Positions 38,951 to 49,535 of a stretch of 64,000 nt of DNA are shown here, piece after piece. The number at the start of each line of letters is the position of its first letter. Within the stretch, counting starts at the first letter, position 1. The DNA is taken from the NCBI GenBank assembly GCA_052426225.1, contig JBNJNM010000013.1, positions 620,001-684,000 of the forward strand, in the 5' to 3' direction. This DNA comes from Zancudomyces culisetae HAW-14-8 (Eukaryota > Fungi > Kickxellomycota). The translations under genes were made by a program, and so were the position numbers. The notes beneath the pieces were generated by a model. It made no database searches and had not been told where the DNA came from. It was given only the letters and a program-made list of their open reading frames with translations.

Positions 38951-41020
38951 TTATTTATACAGTTTCTCTATCACTGAGCTGAACCGCTCGAAAACAGCCT
39001 TTCGCTTCAACTTCATTGTCGGTGTCAACAAGCCATTCTCAATGGTAAAAGGTATCGGTTCAAGATGTATTGCCTTTACCTTTTCAAATCGCAGCAGTTT
39101 TTCTTGGTCTGAAACCTTTTCTAGGATTTCCAAGAGTGCCTTGGCTACCGAAGGATCCGTACATAACTCTTCAAGTGAACACGGTTGCGTTTTTGATCCT
39201 ACAATACTTTGAGCCCAAGGAAGAAATGCTTCTGGAAATGGAACAACTATTGCTACTAGATGGTTTTGTAGCGAATCACCATACACAAACACTTGAAACA
39301 CCATATTGCAGGTGGTCAAGACATTCTCAATCTTCTCAGGAGCCACATACTCTCCTTGTGAAAGCTTAAAAATGTTTTTCTTTCGATCTATTATCGAAAC
39401 AGTCCCGTCTGCATTAATTCTAGCTACATCACCAGTTGCAAACCAACCGTCATCTAAAAATGGCTTTGTGGTTTTTTCAGGCTCTTTGTAATACCCAGAA
39501 AATAATACTTCGCCTCTAATGCACAACTCACCTCGCGGGCAGGGTTTATCTTCAGAAGTGTAGCCCATCTCTGAGACATCGATCAGTTTGGCCTCAACAC
39601 CAATGCTGGGAACACCTATATTTCCCGAAGTATTTTCATTTCTCTCTTGAACAAATGCAGAAGAGCTTGTTTCGGTCATCCCAAATCCCTCAACAACTGT
39701 ACAACACAACATTGTCCTCAGGAGGTCCATCACATGTGGTGCCAATGGTGCACCTCCCGAGACAACCAATTCTAAATTTTTGCTTATTGCTCCTTTGACT
39801 TTGTTGAAAAGCAGTGTGTCCCATATAGGATGTATGTTCCCCTTACCACTCTTGAGGTTGTGTAGTTTTACTGAAAACCCCTTTCTAAATACTGCACCTC
39901 TTATCCCGGGTGCGTTAATGGTTGCTTCGCTAATTTTGTCATAAATTCGGTTCAGTATGCTTGGTACAGCTGCAAATGCATGAGGTTGAAGGGCTTGGCA
40001 ATCGTCTATAAGTTTGTAAACATCTCCACAGTAATATCCTATAGCTCCACTATTCAACGTCATTACATTTTCAAAGTTTCTATTGAAACAATGCGCCAAC
40101 GGCAAATACGACATAAAAAACTTTGTTTGTCCCTCTGCAGATGCACCTGCAAGAACAGCGTTTTTGGCAGCATTGACGTATGCTGAATGCGTGGAAATAA
40201 CACCCTTTGGTCTTCCTGTTGTACCACTAGTATAGCATATCGTGTATATATCATCTTTTTTAGGTGGTTTCATGGCAATAAACTTTTTTTCGCCAATTCT
40301 TTCTATCTGTTTAAAATCATATAACTTGACTCGTGTAGATGCAGCCCACGCTTTTAGCACCTTAATCGCGTTTATATTGAATGGAGAAGGAAGATCGAGA
40401 CCCCCGTTTTCCAGATCAAATGAATCCATGGATACAATTGTTTTAAGCTTTGGAAGCTTATCTCTGATCCTCAGTAGCTTCGAAACTTTATCAAGGCTAC
40501 AAAAAACAATTGTGATTTCGGCGTGATTGATTATATGCTCAAGAGCAGATTCGTTTGCTGAGTCATACAAAGGAACAGTGTATAATGACTGCGAAATGGC
40601 TGCACGATCGACTATTGTCCACTCTGGTCTATTAATTGAATAAATCCCCACAGGCCAGCGTCGAGCATTCTTTTTTATGTTTTTACTGTCCTTTCCGCTT
40701 TTTTCGTTTTTCCCGTTCTTTTCGCCTTCTTTTAGTTTAATACTGATAATGCCAGACCCAACATTGGCTACTCTGACTGCAATTTCTTCATAAGTTTCGA
40801 ACTTGTACGGGTAAAACGCATCGTTTATCGGATCATATGGCCTATGTCCTAAGTATGGTGCTCTTGGTTGGGTTTTTACTGAGTACCAAAATATATCATG
40901 AACCGTTTGAACCTCAGGAAGAAATTTTATTTCCAAGCTTTTCTCACAGGCAGGGTTTCTCAAAACATGAGTTTGTCCTTCCTTTTTAGAGCCTGGAACA
41001 ATGTAAGATTTGCTCTCCAT
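38951..41020 (-). CDS. Long-chain fatty acyl-CoA synthetase (FAA/ACSL family)
   Basis: Intronless 689 aa. YTSGTTGRPKG, SYLPLAH, GFGMTET, DGWFATGD, IIDRKKNIFKLSQGEYVAPEKIE and LLTPTMKLKR. Confidence 0.93.
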   Translation of the reverse strand: MESKSYIVPGSKKEGQTHVLRNPACEKSLEIKFLPEVQTVHDIFWYSVKTQPRAPYLGHRPYDPINDAFYPYKFETYEEIAVRVANVGSGIISIKLKEGEKNGKNEKSGKDSKNIKKNARRWPVGIYSINRPEWTIVDRAAISQSLYTVPLYDSANESALEHIINHAEITIVFCSLDKVSKLLRIRDKLPKLKTIVSMDSFDLENGGLDLPSPFNINAIKVLKAWAASTRVKLYDFKQIERIGEKKFIAMKPPKKDDIYTICYTSGTTGRPKGVISTHSAYVNAAKNAVLAGASAEGQTKFFMSYLPLAHCFNRNFENVMTLNSGAIGYYCGDVYKLIDDCQALQPHAFAAVPSILNRIYDKISEATINAPGIRGAVFRKGFSVKLHNLKSGKGNIHPIWDTLLFNKVKGAISKNLELVVSGGAPLAPHVMDLLRTMLCCTVVEGFGMTETSSSAFVQERNENTSGNIGVPSIGVEAKLIDVSEMGYTSEDKPCPRGELCIRGEVLFSGYYKEPEKTTKPFLDDGWFATGDVARINADGTVSIIDRKKNIFKLSQGEYVAPEKIENVLTTCNMVFQVFVYGDSLQNHLVAIVVPFPEAFLPWAQSIVGSKTQPCSLEELCTDPSVAKALLEILEKVSDQEKLLRFEKVKAIHLEPIPFTIENGLLTPTMKLKRKAVFERFSSVIEKLYK

Positions 41021-41849
41021 TTCTCCAAGTGTGTATCGCTTCTCTGAATTTTTTGCTTTTTAGTTTAAATACTAAAATACAGCCTTTGTAGAAAACTTAA
41101 CAAAATCCTCTAGTAAAATAGTACTACAACGTATAGATAAAAATAAGAAAGTTTATGTAAGAACGTACGTGGTGTCTATATATGCTTTCGAACTCGCTTT
41201 TTTTGAATATAGTCGCTATTACCATTACCATTTATATTTCCATCGCCGACTGTGTATTTCTGCTTTTTAATCGCAATTCGTGCATTTTGATTCGGAGACA
41301 AGAAAGCATCATTTTTTCTATATTTCTATTGGTTTTTCCTAAGGTGTATCAAAAACAATTCAGAATTGGTGCAGCAATATCCAATGAAGAGTCTCCAGAT
41401 TTAGGCGCAGGCAGGTGTAGCGCAACAAGCCTGTTATAATTTTATGTCAATGCATATCACATCACTTTGCCCCCCTTCCCCCTTTATACACCTCAAAATT
41501 GGAGTGGGTCATTGAAAATGGTGTAAGGAGTACCACTGCAAAGAAACACGTAGTATGTACCTAAATCCATTCAATCAGCTCTAACGCATTTTTCGTTGTC
41601 CTCCACTTCCTCCTAAGAACCGCACATCTACAAGGTATCGAAATGAATATATCAGGAACCAAAAACCCTGGAGGCCGGCAGAGTAAGTAAAGCTGACTAG
41701 TGAAAAATTCACCAGTTAATGTAAAAAGATACCTAAATTATTCAAAAGTTGCCCAGCCAAAATCATTTATTATGAGCTGCTTAGACGCTTTTACATGCTA
41801 CTTATAAAGAAAATTCAAAAGAAAATCCCGTTATCTCAGATACCCTTTT

Positions 41850-43960
41850 CTACTTGTTCAAACACATGTTTTTGACAACATCAAGTATAGTATCCACTAC
41901 GTGCTCTTCGATTTGGAAATGAAAGACTATTCTAGCAACACTGTCCGAGTATGGCATAATCAAAACACCACTTTTTTGCAGCTCAGCGGTCACATCATAG
42001 GTGTTTAGCCCAACAGATCCAAAGTCAGCAAAAACCATATTTGTTTCAACTGGGTGAGCAAAAGACATTCCCAGCTTACTAAACTCGCTGGCCAATCTTT
42101 TCGCTCGGGAGTGATCATGTTTAAGCAATGGTAAATGATTATCAATGCAGTAGCTTGCAGCATCTGCTAAAATTCCTGCCTGCCTCCATCTATTTGTTTA
42201 TTCATCAGTTATCAAAATATTTATAAATTTCTAACAGCTTGCATCAATATGCTTGTATGTTAGAGAATAATAACATCGGAGAAATTCAGCTTGGATTACA
42301 AAAAGTGTATTATGCAGTCAAAGTATCTTACCCTCCGCCTAAGAGCTTTCTAAAGTGCCTAGCCTTTTTGATATTTTGTTTACTTCCGACTAGGACAGAG
42401 CCTACTGGAGCGCCCAGTCCCTTGGAAAAGCATATTGACATCTATTTGATGGAAATTGAGAGGAAGTGAGGAAAGGTGTTATACTATTTTATACTTGGTA
42501 TTCTTCTATAAATTATATCTATAAAAACAATAGTATATAAGTAATAAAAGTGGGAAAACTCACGGTATCAAAGTATTTTGCATACTCGCTGAACGGAGTA
42601 TTTGATTTGACTGATGCGCTCCAAAGTCTGGCACCATCTATCATTAACCAGAATACATGTAAAAAAGTTAAATAAAATCGTGTTCATACAAGTGAGTGTG
42701 TAAATTGGCGACTATCACTCCGCCAATAACACGGTTTAATCTTATTGTATGGTAAAAATACGCTGTTTTGCTTACCCAAATGCATCTTTACGCCCATTTC
42801 CCTGGAATACTCATAGATTTTTCTGAAAAGATGCACGTCAATTATCAAGTAATTAGTATAGTATAGTGGATACGAATTGTGATTTAGTATATCTTCACTT
42901 TGTGAAAGTAAAATTACCTTATTTCCTCTAGCGGAACTACCTAACGCATATAGCAATCAGACATGTAAATTAGCCATATATACTATCATTTTGAATATTT
43001 AAACAATAAGACCACAAGTTAAAAAACAAGGTTCAAGATAAGTAAATATACTTACTACTCCATTAATCGTGTTTTCTAATGAAATAACTCTTGTGGGTGC
43101 ACAATGCACATCTCCATCGTCAACAACAATTTTTTTCTTAATTTCGTCCACAGTTATATACTTGTCGTTACTTGCAGCAATTGTAATAGTTTGGGCACGA
43201 GAAAGGTAGGCCAGCCCGCTTGCTTCATATACATTAACATGACATGCTTCGTCGCAAACTACAGAATATGGGGGTACGGTTAGGAGGGATCTTAGACCCA
43301 ATTGATTACTCAACGTCCCCGTTGTACAAAACAAGCTGTCTTCCTTTTCACATAGATCCGCCATTCGCCTTTCCAATTTGTTTATTGATGGGTCTTCCTG
43401 TTAAATATTATTGTGAATTAATTAGCCGAATATCTGCGTTGGTTTATTGATAAAGTAACATAAAGCAATAGTTGGAATATGCACATCAGAAAATAAAATT
43501 TGGTATCAAAATACTCAAAAGGTGTGTATCATTACCCCATAGACATCGTCACCGGTTTCTACAGTAGCCATTCGTTGTAGCATCTCAGTAGTAGGTTTTG
43601 TTACTATTTTTGCATCGTTAAACGTAATTATGCATCAAATATCTTAATGATACGGCGGTATAGCTCTTATATACAGATTAACAAAGTATTCCACACGGCT
43701 ACATAAAAGTGACTATTATTTTATAAGGCATCTATTGTATAAAGCCACACTCTATCGTGCAGATTGATTTTGAAATGAATGCTAGTGTAAAAATAAGATA
43801 AAATAGGCGCATGCATCTAACCTGTATCGCTTCTCATGTCCCAAACCCTGGAGCCTGTTTTTGCATTTGTGTCATAAAGCGATGAGTCGTTTTTGTAGAA
43901 TCTTTTTTGGAATGCATTCGAAAAAATACGAGTGTTAATTCTTGAAAATGTTCGATTCAT
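41850..43960 (-). CDS. GLY1: Low-specificity L-threonine aldolase; 8 exons including a 23-nt exon (42940-42918)
   Basis: Spliced product contains [56 protein letters not shown] (PLP Lys) and RKLLGGGWRQAG. Confidence 0.92.
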
Positions 43961-44259
43961 TGTTTTAGCACTAAACCCTGGTACTCCTATGTTCTTTTTA
44001 TTCGATTTACGTGTGTGCGTTTATTTATTTTATTTTATTTTATAGATATATCACTCTTCAGATTTGTTACTAGACAAATACGCGATAAAGCCTTGTTAAA
44101 TGCTTTTGAAACACAGAATCACGATCATTTTTCAGAGCTCAAGTTGATTTGTGCGTTTCATGGTTGATCATAAGAAATTGCTCAATTAGTCCTCGTATTT
44201 AGCTGAAATTGCTAACACTTCATAGGCTGCTCCAGTTGTTTGCATTTGTGAGCTTTTTA

Positions 44260-44324
44260 CCAAACCCAAACCCAAACCCAAACCCAAACCCAAACCCAAA
44301 CCCAAACCTAAACCCAAACCCAAA
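44260..44324 (+). repeat. (CCCAAA)n tandem repeat, about 11 units with one CCTAAA variant; reads TTTGGG on the minus strand
   Basis: Direct reading; between divergent GLY1 and NBP35. Confidence 0.9.
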
Positions 44325-44546
44325 ATCAAAAAATCATAAATTCGGCAAACTCTTGCGTAATTTCCCTAGAAAAGAGTTGGCAGCAATAGGGATTGATTAT
44401 TAATCAGTTCTTAGATTAAATTAAATAATATATGTATATAACCAAATACACTTTCAGCCGCATATAAAAGACGTAAACACTTCATTAGAAATAAAATCGA
44501 GATACTATTAATTAAGAAGACAGATATACGGTATACTAGATAAAAA

Positions 44547-45703
44547 ATGAATCAGCTAGTGGACGCACAAACGATTCCAGAATCACGGCCGGAAAATGCA
44601 AACGAACACTGCCCTGTAAATACACATTCATTCCATATTTAGTGGATTTTTTTTATTCTTGATCCTTGTAGTACTTCCTGAAAAGATACACATAACCGTT
44701 GAAAATCTAGTTAGATTTAACTAAAAAATGACGATAAATATCTACTTAGGGGCCAGAAAGTGAAATGGCGGGCAAGTCAGAAAATTGTGAAGGCTGTCCA
44801 AATAAGCAAATATGTGAATCAGCACCAAAGGGTCCAGATCCCGACATTCCCGTTCTTGTAGAACGCTTGAAGGGAGTAAAACACAAAATTCTTGTGCTTT
44901 CAGGCAAAGGAGGTGTTGGGAAATCTACGTTTTCTTCGCAACTGACATTCATCCTTGGCAGCGACGAAAATACAAGGGTGGGTTTGATAGATGTAGATAT
45001 TTGCGGTCCATCGATACCCAAAATGATGGGATGTGAGGACGATCAGATTCACGAGTCGTCTACAGGATGGGAGCCAGTTTATGTAAAAGAAAATATCGCA
45101 GTTATGAGCGTTGGGTTTATGTTGCCCACAAAGGGAGAGGCGGTAATATGGAGGGGGCCGAGAAAAAATGGGCTGATTAAACAGTTTCTAAGAGATGTGG
45201 ATTGGACAGAAGACGATGAATATTTGCAGGAGGACAATGATGAAGGCGAGGGCGGTGGTGGGTTGGAGTATCTGCTGTTCGATACACCACCTGGAACCAG
45301 TGATGAGCATTTATCGGTAGTTCAATTTCTCAAGGACAGTGGGATAGATGGGGCAATACTTCTCACAACTCCACAAGAGATCTCGCTACAGGACGTGCGT
45401 AAGGAGCTGGATTTCTGCAGGAAAGCTGGGATTAAAGTTATTGGTGTTGTAGAGAACATGAGTGGATTTGTATGCCCAAGCTGCAAGAAGGAAAACACCA
45501 TATTCGCACCAACTACTGGGGGAGCAAAGGCAATGTGTTTAGACTTAGGATACCCATATCTGGGGTCGATTCCACTTGATCCACGGATTGGAAAATCGTG
45601 TGATTCAGGCTTGTCTTTTGTAGAAGCATACCCAGAATCGCCTGCTGCGAATGCATATTTAGAGATTGTAGAGAGCATTAAGTCTCGTTTAAATGATATG
45701 TAA
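44547..45703 (+). CDS. NBP35: Cytosolic Fe-S cluster assembly P-loop NTPase; exons 44547-44615, 44751-45703
   Basis: N-terminal ferredoxin-like cysteines (HCPG...[10 protein letters not shown]), [30 protein letters not shown] and [11 protein letters not shown]. Confidence 0.95.
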
Positions 45704-45957
45704 CCACATAGTTGCTATTGAGTTTCTGTAGAGTTGTTGTGGGTTAAGGGGGAAAGAGTACATGCGATACGTCGTGTACTTGTTGATTTTGATTGTATGT
45801 TTATGTTGGTATATTTTTATTTTTAGTTTGTAAAAGAAAACCGTACTCTAAATCCAAAATAAATTAGTCAAATAAGCAAAAGTCAAAAGCCAAGAGTCAA
45901 AAAGGAATGCAAAAAGCTTATATCAAGGCCGAAAGATGAAAAATAGCCATGCAGACT

Positions 45958-46948
45958 CTAATCCTCTTTAATTAGCGATAATCCTTTGAGCTCGTGCTTT
46001 CTCTGTTTTTTCATCCAGTCACGATAGTGCTTTACTGAAGAGATCCTCTCGCCGTAATAATCAGGCAAGGGATTACGGTATGAACTTAGTCTAGGATCAG
46101 ATCTGTTCTTTTTGATGTGATCAAAAAAGTCTGCCTCTTTCTACAAACGTATAAATTATTGCGATTAGTTCATGTTCATGTTGTAGACCTTTACATATGG
46201 AACAAATATTGAATAAATTAGGCTGAAATTAAGTAAAATGAGAGCGGGGGGGGAGGTGAGTCGGAAAAATTATATAAAAACTGTGCTATCTTCTTACCAT
46301 ATTAAATTTTCCCATTACTCTCCTGTTGAATGTGCGATACAAAAGAGAGCCACTGGTTCTTCCAAAAGCATAGCCCACAATTCCACATGTAAAAACTAAA
46401 AGTGTAACGATGATTGTTGGATCAATTCCGTTAATAATCATGATATTTCCAAGAGGAATGGTTGAAAAATAGGCACTGCCAGTAGCCAGCCCCACAAAAG
46501 CACCAGGGAGCGAGGCTATTCTCTCTGCCATGCGGACGCGATTCTTCATTTTAAAGAAGGTCTCCCATGTGAAGTAGTTTACAGAGTTTGGATCGAGTAC
46601 ACCCTCAGTATCGTGTTTTCTGATATATTCAATGGATTTTGTGTGTTTGTTGGATTTGTCGTTGGCTGCATTAGCGCCTTCAGTGCTAATTTTCGAATAT
46701 GCTTGGTCGATTTTTTTTAGTTTTTCGTCCGCATTATCCTTGGAGGAGTAAGATGCTCTGAAGATTCTGCTGGGATGAGCAGCGGAATCAGTAATTGGGG
46801 TTGAGTGGTGGGTTTTGATTGATTTTGCCATCGCAAAGGTTGACAGGTTCAACTGCGCTTGCATTGAATATTGAGTTCGGGCCTTCGAAAGTATAGAGGT
46901 AAAGCCATGATTGTAGACCCGTGTTTGTAACCTTGAATTGAAAAACAT
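45958..46948 (-). CDS. PAM17: Mitochondrial presequence translocase-associated motor subunit; 2 exons (46948 to about 46297, 46140-45958)
   Basis: Presequence, TWETFFKMK, two TM segments, then KEADFFDHIKKNRSDP...NPLPDYYGERISSVKHYRDWMKKQR. Confidence 0.9.
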
Positions 46949-47309
46949 TTTTTTATATAAGCTCGAGGTGCTTGTATGAAAAGAACTATTTTAAAAAAGC
47001 GATATTAGAAAGCACTAAAGCAAGCTCAGGATAAACAAATGATTTAGATTTTCAAAGTTTGGCTTATACTTTGGCATTCATTTTTTGTTTATGAGGAAAA
47101 CTATAGATAAAAAAATTTTCGGCAGTTAAATTATCGGAAAATTAATAAAATCTGGCCAAATCTTTCAACCAGGTTTGCAATGTTTGTGCAAAATAGTGGG
47201 AAAAAAAGAGCATGGGCTCACAACTGGTTATTAAAGGGCGAAAATTGTGTGTTATATTGATTTAATTTAAACCTCGTTTAAACGGAAAAACATATAGAAA
47301 ATATAGAAA

Positions 47310-47929
47310 ATGGGATCAAGCGCTTCCAAAGCAGTTCCGAAAAGATTACCAAGAAACATAGACGTGGCAAAAGCGGAAGGAAATGAGGGCAAACCTGTAG
47401 AACGAGAAGCATCAGAATCTCTTTCCAGAGGCGAGGAGGTTGAGCAGGAGATATTCAAGCAAAATCTGTCATTTCTACTGAATCCCAAGATTACAGTGGA
47501 TCCAGGGCATAAGATTGTACAGGTAATACACTGGTATTATACTATTTAACATTATATTTGTATATAGGGATAAAGCTGCGATGTAAACACAAATATGGAA
47601 ATAGAGTTGAGTTATTGGGGCAGAAATAAATGAAGGAGAATTGTTATAAATAGGAAAACAAGTCGCTAGATACTGTAAAGAGCCGACAAGATGCTGATGA
47701 TTTCGAGCTGGAAAATGTGCACAACAAACTCAATTCAGAAAATCTACATTTATTCTTGCAAGAAATCAAGAATACAAATACTTTGACCACCAACAAAAGC
47801 CAACCTGGAAACAAAGCTGGACAAACAGGGCAGGTGAACGCTGATGTTCGGATAGAGGGTATCTATAAAAGTTACAATCTTGACAAGAACGTCGGTGAGA
47901 TACTATCGAAATATTATAAACCTTTGTAA
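47310..47929 (+). CDS. Small N-myristoylation-motif protein, NDUFAF4-like (putative complex I assembly factor); exons 47310-47522, 47654-47929
   Basis: MGSSASK start. An in-frame GTAATA..AAATAG intron. The C-terminal IYKSYNLDKNVGEILSKYY resembles the NDUFAF4 C-terminus as I recall it. Confidence 0.55.
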
Positions 47930-48302
47930 ACAACATGGGTGGGTTTAGCTTTTACTTTTACTTTAGCTTTTGCTTTTTTTTGTGTAGTATATTAGAAAAG
48001 TTAATATAAATAAAAGTACAAATATCTAATAGTTTGACGCGGATACGTTATCAAGCATGGATGACAAACACAGCTTTTACATTTTTTTCTACTTATTTTA
48101 GTACAGTGATCAGAGACAAGGAATCAAAATGGACTACAACCATAACCTGCGCAAATAAGAAAAGGTATATTGAAAAGTTCTACACATAAAACGGGAGGTG
48201 ATAAAATGACAGACAAATATTAAGAACGAAATATAAAAAGGCATACAATAAAAAATTAGTGGTAAAAACGAGCGTATAAAAGAATTAAAGAAAGAAAAAC
48301 AT

Positions 48303-49535
48303 CTAAATAGCAATGGGTCTGGGGTTAGGATCCTTTAAATAATCGGGATTGTCTTTGGGTCGATGCCGTTTTTCAAACTTGGAAAGATGCGACAAAACAT
48401 ACTGTTTCGAAGTGGATGGATAGTTTCTCCAATTACGGAGACATTCGTAGTCGTGCAACGAGCCTTGCATATCACAAACGCAGTTGTTGTCCAAATTCTT
48501 GTTTGTAGGGCAAATGTGCAGCGTGTCGTGTCGATACCCAATGTCGTCGAACCAAAATAGTTTCTCCTTTGGTAGTAGCAGAGAGGCAGCTATGGAATGT
48601 ATTGGCGCATCACCCCATCGTTCGTAGAAGAAACCACCAGATAAATCCAAATAGTCTACATAAGAAGTGTACTCTTTACTTCGGTAAAAGTCCATGTCGA
48701 CAATCTCAAAATTCGACCAGTAGTGGCAGCCATTGTAGTCGCCATCACCACGCAAAATCCATTTAGCGTTATTTTCTTCGGGAAGCATATCCTTGTTTTT
48801 GAGGACCCAGTCAACGGTTGTGGTCCACAAAGTTTCTACTGTGTTTGCCAGCTCGTGTATAGCAATTGTGAACCCATACTTCAATCCGTTCTTTGCCATA
48901 AAATGGAATGGATCGTAGTTTATATCGCAGAAATATCCTACGTCTGGCTCGATTCGCCAATAATATTTATATGAAGCGAGTGCTGGGTGGTTGTAGAATC
49001 CCAGTGACTGGAATCTGCACATAAGCTGGTAGCTCAGCTTTCCTCCATATATGAACCTGCTTTTGTTTTTTTTGTGGGATCTAATGACTTTTGCCAGATC
49101 GACGTGAGCTGGAATAGACCAGTAGTCGGCCGACAAGTCCACATACGTTACATTGGCGTTTGTAACTGCTTGGATACCCTCTTTAAAGTCGTCTGAAAAG
49201 GGGATATCATTGAAAAATACATATGGGTAGTTGTATTTGCTATTCCACCTTTCCTCAAACTGTCTAATCGTGTATTTCAGTTTTTCTAATTCGGTATTCA
49301 TAACCAGGGCTACAATTGCTGCCTTTTCTCTTATAGTTGATTTACTGGTGTCACCAGTTCTCAGTTCTAGCACGTGATCCTTGTCTTTTCCATAGATTGT
49401 ATTAGACAATCTGCTCTCTGCATTGTACGATAAGGTATTTCCAGCTATTGTCCTTATTAACAGCATGGCTGTCACTGCTACTCCTACGACAAACATCAGC
49501 CTTACAACTAGTAGGCCCAAATTTAGTCCGTTCAT
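48303..49535 (-). CDS. Alpha-1,2-mannosyltransferase, GT15 (KRE2/KTR family)
   Basis: N-terminal TM anchor, YNYPYVFFND, SYQLMCRFQS, YYWRIEPD, YNGCHYWSNFEI and GGFFYERWGDAPIHS. Confidence 0.93.
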   Translation of the reverse strand: MNGLNLGLLVVRLMFVVGVAVTAMLLIRTIAGNTLSYNAESRLSNTIYGKDKDHVLELRTGDTSKSTIREKAAIVALVMNTELEKLKYTIRQFEERWNSKYNYPYVFFNDIPFSDDFKEGIQAVTNANVTYVDLSADYWSIPAHVDLAKVIRSHKKNKSRFIYGGKLSYQLMCRFQSLGFYNHPALASYKYYWRIEPDVGYFCDINYDPFHFMAKNGLKYGFTIAIHELANTVETLWTTTVDWVLKNKDMLPEENNAKWILRGDGDYNGCHYWSNFEIVDMDFYRSKEYTSYVDYLDLSGGFFYERWGDAPIHSIAASLLLPKEKLFWFDDIGYRHDTLHICPTNKNLDNNCVCDMQGSLHDYECLRNWRNYPSTSKQYVLSHLSKFEKRHRPKDNPDYLKDPNPRPIAI

